Origin: Treponemataceae bacterium
Lineage (GTDB): Bacteria; Spirochaetota; Spirochaetia; Treponematales; Rectinemataceae
Assembly (NCBI GenBank): GCA_963667725.2
Contig: CAXXHO010000003.1
Coordinates: forward strand, 416,001-480,000
Direction of reading: 5' to 3'
Length of the DNA: 64,000 bases
Each line of letters starts with the position of its first letter. Positions within the stretch are counted from its first letter, which is position 1. Under the pieces are notes generated by a model. It saw nothing but the letters and a program-made list of their open reading frames with translations. It was not told the DNA's origin and did not search any database. Below, one piece after another: positions 57,054-64,000 of this stretch. The position numbers were made by a program, and so were the translations under genes.

Positions 57054-57458
57054 ATGAAACAGTATAAGGTCACCGTAAATGGTCAGAGCTACGATGTGAG
57101 CGTTGAGGAAGTCGGCGCCGCCGGATATTCCGCCCCAAGGGCAGCCGCACCCGCAGCCCCTGTCGCTCCTGCGCCAGTAGCGGCCGCCGCGCCTGCGGCC
57201 GTCCCCGCCGCGGCCCCCGCCGCCGCATACGTTCCCGCAGCAGGAGCAATCACCGTCAAATCGCCGATGCCTGGTACCGTCATGTCCTTCAAGGTAACCG
57301 TCGGCCAGGAAGTGAAGCGCGGGGACGTACTCCTCATCCTCGAAGCCATGAAAATGGAAAACGAGATTGTGGCTCCTCAGGCAGGCAAAGTCGCCGCTCT
57401 CAGGGTCCCCGTCAGCGCTTCCGTCAATACCGGCGATCCGCTCGTCGATCTCGCCTAA
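57054..57458 (+). CDS. mmdC: Biotin carboxyl carrier (gamma) subunit
   Basis: YKVTVNG..YDV.VEE, Ala/Pro linker, EAMKMENEI. Confidence 0.93.
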   Translation: MKQYKVTVNGQSYDVSVEEVGAAGYSAPRAAAPAAPVAPAPVAAAAPAAVPAAAPAAAYVPAAGAITVKSPMPGTVMSFKVTVGQEVKRGDVLLILEAMKMENEIVAPQAGKVAALRVPVSASVNTGDPLVDLA

Positions 57459-57473
57459 AGGGGAGGCGTCCCC

Positions 57474-58604
57474 ATGCTTGAATTTTTGACAGAATTCGTT
57501 CAGTCGACCGGATTCGCCAATATTGACCTCGGCCAGCTTTTAATGCTGGTGGTTAGTTGCGTTTTACTCTACCTGGGAATCTACAGGAAATATGAGCCGC
57601 TTCTCCTGATTCCGATAGCCTTTGGTATGCTTCTGGCAAATCTGCCTCTCTCCGGCATTACCGACGGACCAATAGGGGACCAGCCTGGCGGACTCATATA
57701 TTATCTCTACCAGGGCGTCAAGCTCGGTATCTATCCGCCGCTTATCTTTCTTGGCATAGGCGCGATGACCGATTTTGGACCGCTCATCGCGAATCCAGCC
57801 AGCCTCCTCCTCGGCGCCGCCGCGCAGATTGGCATTTTCATCCCCTTCATTCTCGCAACCTTTCTCGGCTTCGATCTCAAGGCCGCGGCGAGCATCGGGA
57901 TAATCGGCGGAGCCGACGGCCCAACCGCCATATTCCTCACCTCGCGGCTCAGGCCGGACATGCTGGGACCTATCGCGATAGCGGCCTACTCCTATATGGC
58001 TCTTGTGCCCCTTATTCAGCCTCCCATCATGAGAGCGCTTACGACGCCTAAAGAAAGGGCCGTGAAGATGGCCCAGCTGCGCGAAGTCACGAAGACCGAG
58101 AAGATTGTATTTCCGATCGCTGTCACGATTTTCGTTGGTCTTCTGCTTCCGGCAGCCGTTCCCTTGGTTGGCTCACTGATGTTGGGCAATCTTTTCAAGG
58201 AATCTGGATCGACGGATAGACTGTCGGCTACCGCTCAGCATGAACTGATCAACGTGCTGACGATCTTTCTCGGCGTCGCTGTCGGTTCTACCGCCACGGC
58301 GGCACGTTTCCTCAATCCGGAAACTTTGAAGATAATCGTCCTTGGACTTTTTGCCTTCTCCTGCGGAACCGCAGGCGGTATCCTCTTCGGAAAATTGATG
58401 TATCTGGTGACGGGAGGAAAAGTGAATCCTCTCATCGGTTCAGCCGGTGTATCGGCGGTTCCGATGGCCGCGCGCGTATCCCAGGTGGTCGGCGCTGAAA
58501 CCGACCCGACGAATTTCCTTCTGATGCATGCTATGGGACCTAACGTCTCTGGCGTCATAGGATCGGCGGTAGCTGCTGGAGTCCTTCTATCCATTCTGGG
58601 ATAG
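57474..58604 (+). CDS. mmdB: Na+-translocating decarboxylase beta subunit
   Basis: YEPLLLIPIAFG, GAMTDFGP, IIGGADGPT, AAYSYMAL, GVSAVPMAARV, HAMGPN. Confidence 0.94.
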   Translation: MLEFLTEFVQSTGFANIDLGQLLMLVVSCVLLYLGIYRKYEPLLLIPIAFGMLLANLPLSGITDGPIGDQPGGLIYYLYQGVKLGIYPPLIFLGIGAMTDFGPLIANPASLLLGAAAQIGIFIPFILATFLGFDLKAAASIGIIGGADGPTAIFLTSRLRPDMLGPIAIAAYSYMALVPLIQPPIMRALTTPKERAVKMAQLREVTKTEKIVFPIAVTIFVGLLLPAAVPLVGSLMLGNLFKESGSTDRLSATAQHELINVLTIFLGVAVGSTATAARFLNPETLKIIVLGLFAFSCGTAGGILFGKLMYLVTGGKVNPLIGSAGVSAVPMAARVSQVVGAETDPTNFLLMHAMGPNVSGVIGSAVAAGVLLSILG

Positions 58605-58619
58605 GGAGGACAACAACGG

Positions 58620-58651
58620 AAAAGCGGCACCCGCAAGGTGCCGCTTTTTTT
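58620..58651 (+). terminator. Intrinsic terminator of the mmd operon
   Basis: AAAAGCGGCACC-cgcaa-GGTGCCGCTTTTTTT. Confidence 0.88.
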
Positions 58652-58815
58652 ATTCGCCCAGCATGAAGCAATCATTTTGATTCCAAACAATGAAACAGCC
58701 TGGAAAATCCGTGACGCATCTCTTTTCCGGCTCGCGTCGCTATGCTATAGTTTGCGGAATTCGGGTATAATTATGCATTTTGGATGGCTTCTTCATCCAT
58801 ATTTGGAGATTCTTG

Positions 58816-61254
58816 ATGAATGTGCTTAAATTCGGCGGCGCCTCGGTAGGAAGCGTGGAAGCGATCGAAAACCTAGTCGAGATAGTCCGAATGGAAAATG
58901 AAAAGATAATTGTCGTTTCGGCTTTCGCCGGCGTGACTGATGAATTAATCGCTGCCGCCAGGAATGCGGAGAAGAGAATAGAGTACCTGCCAATCCTGGA
59001 GAGGCTCCGTACTCGGCATCGCTCCGTGGCGGATCATTTTCTCAAGGATGCTTCGCTGAGCGCGGCATTATCTGAAGTTGACAGATGCTTGTTGGAATTG
59101 AACGATCTGCTTCGGGGCATCGAGCTTTTAAGAGACCTGACAAAGCGAAGCCTGGATCAGATAATGAGCATAGGCGAACGTCTCTCGGCGGCAATGGTCG
59201 CCCGCATACTTACGGCCAGCGACATTCAGGCACAGTTTGTCGATGCGCGCGGGATGATCAAGACCGACGCGAATTTCGGCTCGGCTCGCTATATCGAAAC
59301 CGAGACCCGCAGATTGGTCACGGCCCAGCTGTCGGCTCTTGAAACTGCGGCTGTCATCCCCGGATTCATAGGCTCCACTATAGACGGTTTCACCACGACC
59401 TTCGGAAGGGGAGGCTCCGATTTTACCGCCAGTATTCTGGGTTCATGCCTGGGTGCAGGCGAGATAAGGATATGGTCTGATATCGACGGCATGCTCACTG
59501 CCGATCCGCGGCTGGTGGCCGACGCTTTCCCCATACGGGAGATTTCCTATGAGGAAGCCCTTGAAATGACGCATTTCGGGGCACACGTCATTAATCCATT
59601 AGCTCTTCTCCCCGCTATGGCTACGGGGACTCCTATAAGGATACTGAACGCTTTCAATACATCAGGGAAGGGTACCCTTATCGTAAAACAGGCGGGGGAA
59701 AGTAGCTATCCCGTCAGAGGCCTCGCTTCCATTGCGTCAGTCAGCCTGCTCAGCATCCGCGGTCTAGGGATGCCGGGTGTCACAGGCATTGCGGGCAGGA
59801 TGTTCAGCGCGCTCGCGGGCAGCAAAATCAACGTCATCCTTATCACTCAGGCCTCGAGCGAGCTTTCCATATGCTGTGCTGTAGATCCCGAAGACGCAGC
59901 CGAAGGCCGGAGGGCTCTCAGAGAGGAGTTTTCGGTCGAAATCGCAGCCGGTTTCATTGGAGAGCCTTCCATAGAGAACGAACTCTGCGTCATCGCCGTC
60001 GTGGGCGAGCAGATGAAACAGAAAACGGGCATCGCTGGAAGAGTTTTTTCGGCCCTGGGAAGGAATGGCGTGAATGTCGTTGCTATCGCACAAGGTTCTT
60101 CAGAGCTGAACATCTCAATCGTAACCTCAGCCCAGAACAAGGCAAAGGCCCTGAACGTCATCCACGATTCATTCTTCCTCGCCGGGATCAGGACAGTCAA
60201 CCTCTTCATGGTCGGCACTGGCCTGATTGGCGGGACCCTCCTCGCCCAGATCGCCGACCAGAGAGAGCGGCTCCTAAGGGAACATTCCATACGGATTAAC
60301 CTTGTTGGGCTCGCCAATTCCAAGAAAATGCTCATCGACCCGAGGGGCATCGACGAGACCAGCTGGAAGAAAAGTCTTTCAGAGGGAAGGACAGCCGATT
60401 TCGGCCGCTACCTGGATGCGATCAAAGCTCTTAACCTGCCTTCGGCATGTTTCTGCGACTGCACGGCGAGCGAACTGCCGCCCGATCACTACAAGGAACT
60501 CTTTGAAGCCTCCATCTCCGTCGTTACGCCTAATAAACGCGCCAATGCAGGTCCCTTCGATCGCTATCTTGCCCTGAAGGAAGCCGCCAGGCAGATGGAC
60601 GTCGTCTATGGCTATGAAACCACCGTAGGCGCCGGATTGCCTGTTATCGGAACCCTTCACGATCTTGTGGCTTGCGGAGACACCATCACCAGGATCGAAG
60701 CCGTCCTTTCCGGGACGATCAGTTTTATATTCAATCAGCTGGGCAAGGAGAAGAGTTTTTCCTCGCTTGTCCTCGAGGCAAAGATGAGGGGATACACCGA
60801 ACCAGATCCTCGCGACGATCTGGGCGCGGTGGATATCGCGAGAAAAACGCTCATCCTCATAAGGGAAGCGGGATTTCATCTCGATTACAAGGATATCGCC
60901 ATACAGCCTCTGCTTCCCGACAGCTTGACCAAAGCGCCCAGCGTTGCCCAATTTCTTTCCATGCTGCCTGAAGCTGATGCGATGATAGACGGTATGGCGA
61001 AGGAAGCTGCTGCGAGGGGAAAAGTCCTTCGGTACGTGGCGGCCATCCAGCCTGATTCGGCCGCGCTCTCATTGCAGGAATACGGCCCGGAAAGCCCCTT
61101 CTACAACCTCAGCGGCACCGACAATCTCGTCATGTTCACGACGGCCCGCTACTCGGCCAATCCGCTTGTCGTTCGGGGGCCAGGCGCGGGAGCCGCGGTC
61201 ACGGCTGGAGGCGTCTTCGCCGATATTTTGAAGACCGCCCAATCGTACCTCTAA
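58816..61254 (+). CDS. thrA: Bifunctional aspartokinase/homoserine dehydrogenase
   Basis: KFGG, GRGGSD, two ACT domains (QASSE, QGSSE), GTGLIGG, YETTVGAGLP, EPDPRDDL, GPGAG. Confidence 0.94.
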   Translation: MNVLKFGGASVGSVEAIENLVEIVRMENEKIIVVSAFAGVTDELIAAARNAEKRIEYLPILERLRTRHRSVADHFLKDASLSAALSEVDRCLLELNDLLRGIELLRDLTKRSLDQIMSIGERLSAAMVARILTASDIQAQFVDARGMIKTDANFGSARYIETETRRLVTAQLSALETAAVIPGFIGSTIDGFTTTFGRGGSDFTASILGSCLGAGEIRIWSDIDGMLTADPRLVADAFPIREISYEEALEMTHFGAHVINPLALLPAMATGTPIRILNAFNTSGKGTLIVKQAGESSYPVRGLASIASVSLLSIRGLGMPGVTGIAGRMFSALAGSKINVILITQASSELSICCAVDPEDAAEGRRALREEFSVEIAAGFIGEPSIENELCVIAVVGEQMKQKTGIAGRVFSALGRNGVNVVAIAQGSSELNISIVTSAQNKAKALNVIHDSFFLAGIRTVNLFMVGTGLIGGTLLAQIADQRERLLREHSIRINLVGLANSKKMLIDPRGIDETSWKKSLSEGRTADFGRYLDAIKALNLPSACFCDCTASELPPDHYKELFEASISVVTPNKRANAGPFDRYLALKEAARQMDVVYGYETTVGAGLPVIGTLHDLVACGDTITRIEAVLSGTISFIFNQLGKEKSFSSLVLEAKMRGYTEPDPRDDLGAVDIARKTLILIREAGFHLDYKDIAIQPLLPDSLTKAPSVAQFLSMLPEADAMIDGMAKEAAARGKVLRYVAAIQPDSAALSLQEYGPESPFYNLSGTDNLVMFTTARYSANPLVVRGPGAGAAVTAGGVFADILKTAQSYL

Positions 61255-61299
61255 GAAGAGTATTCCACGGCAGGCGGCGAACTCGCGGCTGACATTGAG

Positions 61300-61345
61300 A
61301 AAAAAGGGGCTGTCCGGGAATTTTTCCCGGGCAGCCCCTTTTTTT
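61300..61345. terminator. Bidirectional intrinsic terminator
   Basis: A6-GGGGCTGTCCGGGAA-ttt-TTCCCGGGCAGCCCC-T7 between convergent thrA and TRAP genes. Confidence 0.85.
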
Positions 61346-61386
61346 GCTTTCGCGTCTTCGCGCCCAAGGAGCGCGAAGACGAACCG

Positions 61387-63375
61387 CTAGACCGTGAGAG
61401 CCTTTTTCTTGTTGTACTTGATCTGCTGATAGACGAAGACCGCTGCGCAAAGCACGATGCCGATGATGTCGGTGGACAGACCGGGATAGATCATGAGAAG
61501 ACCGCCCGCAAATGCCATAATTCTCTCAGGCCAAGTCATCGTTGTCCTGAACCAGGCGCTTACGGCGGCCGAGACCGCGGTAATGCCGATGAGGCTCGTG
61601 ATAAGCATCCAGACAAGCCCTACCGGGGTAACGTTGAACAGAAGCATCTGGGGATTGAGCACGAAGATGTAAGGAACAAGGAATGCGGCAATCGCCAATT
61701 TTGTGGCGTTGACTCCAGTCTTCATCGGATTGGCCTTGGCTATACCGGCCCCCGCGAAGGCCGCCAGCGCAACGGGCGGGGTGACGTCCGCTATTATGCC
61801 GAAATAGAAGGCGAACATATGGGCAGGGAGCATGATATAGGCAGGCGCCACGAGGTTGGGATCGAGGCCGGCTTTCTGCGCCATTATCATGACGATGGCC
61901 GGCGCGGCTATCGTCGAAGTGATGACGTAGTTGGCTGTCGTGGGAACGCCCATGCCCAAAAGAATCGATGTGATCATGGTAAAGAAAAGAGTGATGACCA
62001 GATTTCCATTGGCTATATCGACGAGGACGGAACCCAACTTGAGGCCAAGACCGGTGAGTGTCACGACGCCGATGATGATACCCGCGCAGGCCGTAGCCGC
62101 TATCACGCCGAGAGCGCCCCTGGCGCCAGCCTCAAGGCCCTTGATTATCTCAATCGGTTTGATTCGCGTGGATTTTCTGAGCATCGATGAGAGAATCGAG
62201 AGAATGATAGCCCAGAGCGCCGCCTTCATGGGCGTAAAGCCCGTGACGAGGAGGTAGACGATGGCGATGAGGGGGATCATGAGGTGGCCGCGCTCAAACA
62301 TGATTTTCTTGAACTTAGGCAGGTCCTCTCGTTTCAGGCCCTTGAGTCCAAGTTTCTTGGCTTCATAGTGCACGCCTGACCATACGCCGAAGTAGTAGAG
62401 GAGGGCGGGGATGGCCGCGGCGGCGATGATGCGCGAATAGGGAATGTTCGTGAACTCGGCCATGAGGAAGGCAGCCGCGCCCATGATTGGCGGCATGAGT
62501 TGCCCGCCTGTGGATGCGGTAGCTTCGACGGCGCCGGCGAATTCAGGCTTATAGCCGAGCTTTTTCATCATAGGGATAGTGAAGGAGCCCGTTCCTACAA
62601 CGTTGGCTACCGAGGAACCGGATACCGTACCCATGAGGGCGCTGGAGAGGACGGCAACCTTGGCGGGTCCGCCTGCAGCCCAGCCGGCAATCGAGTTGGC
62701 CAGATCGATGAAGAGCTGTCCGAGGCCTGTTCTTTCCAGATAGGCGCCGAAGAGTATGAAAAGAAAGATGAAGGTGCTTGATACCCCAAGAGGGATGCCG
62801 AAGACGCCCTCCGTCGTGTAGAAGAGATGTTGGACTAGGGTGTCGAGGCGCGCCCCGCGGTGGGCCAGCTTCCCCGGGATATAGGGGCCGATAAAAGCGT
62901 AGATGATAAAAATGAGCGCTACTATGACCATCGGGATGCCGACTACCCTGCGGGCCGCCTCTAGGACGAGGAGTAGCCCGATAATTCCTGCGATGAGGTC
63001 GAAGGTAGTTGTCGATCCCGCCCTGCCTACCAGGGCTTGATAATTCCATACAATATACATGGGGGCAAGGACGCCAAGAACGGAGAGAACAGCATCGAGC
63101 GGATGCAGCTTGCTCCGTGACCATTTTTTGCTGGTGGGGTAGAGGAGGAATATCAGACAAAAACCGAATGAAAGGTGGATCGATCGCTGGATCATAGCGT
63201 CCAGTACGCCAAATACCGCCGTATAGAGTTGGAAGACGGAAAAGGTGATGGCGAGAGCGGCCACTACTTTGGCAAAGAAGCCGGTATAGACGCGATAGTC
63301 CGATTCCTTGTCGAATTTCTTCAGAATCGCCTGGCTGTCGACCGGCTGATCATCGTTGATAATTTGTTCGCTCAT
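61387..63375 (-). CDS. TRAP transporter 4TM/12TM fused permease (TAXI type)
   Basis: GGPAKVAV, SGSSVANV..TG.FTIP, ASTGGQ.MPPIMG, GMGVPTTANY, ADVTPPVA. Confidence 0.92.
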   Translation of the reverse strand: MSEQIINDDQPVDSQAILKKFDKESDYRVYTGFFAKVVAALAITFSVFQLYTAVFGVLDAMIQRSIHLSFGFCLIFLLYPTSKKWSRSKLHPLDAVLSVLGVLAPMYIVWNYQALVGRAGSTTTFDLIAGIIGLLLVLEAARRVVGIPMVIVALIFIIYAFIGPYIPGKLAHRGARLDTLVQHLFYTTEGVFGIPLGVSSTFIFLFILFGAYLERTGLGQLFIDLANSIAGWAAGGPAKVAVLSSALMGTVSGSSVANVVGTGSFTIPMMKKLGYKPEFAGAVEATASTGGQLMPPIMGAAAFLMAEFTNIPYSRIIAAAAIPALLYYFGVWSGVHYEAKKLGLKGLKREDLPKFKKIMFERGHLMIPLIAIVYLLVTGFTPMKAALWAIILSILSSMLRKSTRIKPIEIIKGLEAGARGALGVIAATACAGIIIGVVTLTGLGLKLGSVLVDIANGNLVITLFFTMITSILLGMGVPTTANYVITSTIAAPAIVMIMAQKAGLDPNLVAPAYIMLPAHMFAFYFGIIADVTPPVALAAFAGAGIAKANPMKTGVNATKLAIAAFLVPYIFVLNPQMLLFNVTPVGLVWMLITSLIGITAVSAAVSAWFRTTMTWPERIMAFAGGLLMIYPGLSTDIIGIVLCAAVFVYQQIKYNKKKALTV

Positions 63376-63881
63376 GGATGAGCCTTCCTCCTGGAAAAAA
63401 TTAAAACCTTTACCCCTGCTTTCAGGGTTATACTCGACTCGACCGTTGCCCATTCGGTGAAAGGGTGAAAGGAACCATCATAGACAATACCATGCCCCGG
63501 AAGATGTGAAACCCTTATATCCAGCTTTTTGAAGGATCGATGCATGTCGACGACAAAACGGTTGTCTTCGATTCTGAACGCGTCGCCGCCATCTGAAGGC
63601 ATGCCTACGCCATATGTGTCGTACCTTACTCTTACCAATTCCAGGGTGTCGCCGGAAATGACAAATTCTTCGTCGACAGGTGTTTTATGGATCGAATGGA
63701 TATATCGATGTACAAAACCTTCTTCCATGACGGGAATCGACGCCAGCTTACGCCCCTCGCCGCTAAAAATCATAATCGCTGGACGAATGGAGATGGCTGA
63801 TGCGAGGATCGCCGGGGGAATGATCGTTAATGCTGCGACGAAGATCGCGGCAAAGAATGGATTCCTGTTGCCGAATCTCAT
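63372..63881 (-). CDS. DUF1850-family protein of TAXI-TRAP operons
   Basis: YIHSIHKTPV.E, Y..YGVGMP motifs; overlaps the permease start by 4 nt. Confidence 0.75.
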   Translation of the reverse strand: MRFGNRNPFFAAIFVAALTIIPPAILASAISIRPAIMIFSGEGRKLASIPVMEEGFVHRYIHSIHKTPVDEEFVISGDTLELVRVRYDTYGVGMPSDGGDAFRIEDNRFVVDMHRSFKKLDIRVSHLPGHGIVYDGSFHPFTEWATVESSITLKAGVKVLIFSRRKAHP

Positions 63882-63926
63882 ATCGCCTCTTCTCAGGATC
63901 GGTACCTGTTCAACTATGAATAAGGA

Positions 63927-63969
63927 ATGGAAATGGGCTTCCTGGATGATCCGGGTTACCCATTTCCAT
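63927..63969 (-). other. Intercistronic stem-loop upstream of the DUF1850 gene
   Basis: ATGGAAATGGG...CCCATTTCCAT 11-bp inverted repeat; probably follows a TAXI binding-protein gene outside the window (inferred). Confidence 0.55.
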
Positions 63970-64000
63970 CATGTAAAAGCCGCTATCTGCCCTTCCATGG

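Overview
A GC-rich, gene-dense chromosomal segment from an anaerobic bacterium. Gene content (short AlaRS, dxs-folP-cdaA-cdaR-acpS-truA, large GH13, rny-ymdB) suggests a free-living Spirochaetota, which is an inference. In order, it holds: the 3' part of a lysine fermentation operon (kamA partial, kamBCDE, NhaC-family transporter, CoA-transferase A/B); pepT; a DUF2156 plus GlmU-N-like gene pair; a short-chain chromate transporter pair; a GH13-addB-addA unit; two TetR regulators; housekeeping genes; tRNA-Leu(GAG); two lipoproteins; a large carboxylase / korDABC / methylmalonyl-CoA mutase-MeaB-epimerase / Na+-pumping decarboxylase (mmdADCB) cluster; thrA; and a TAXI-type TRAP permease. I found no CRISPR, transposase, integrase or phage genes. 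The best leads are: (1) a pyruvate carboxyltransferase with no biotinyl domain and a delta-subunit-like tail beside the Mmd pump, a possible shared transcarboxylase/decarboxylase module; (2) nine genes with apparent leaderless promoters; (3) the DUF2156 / GlmU-N pair; (4) an 85-nt tract of about 7% GC inside the operon cluster; and (5) a structured leader of about 320 nt before an RRM gene. All family calls come from motif recognition by eye; no searches were run.
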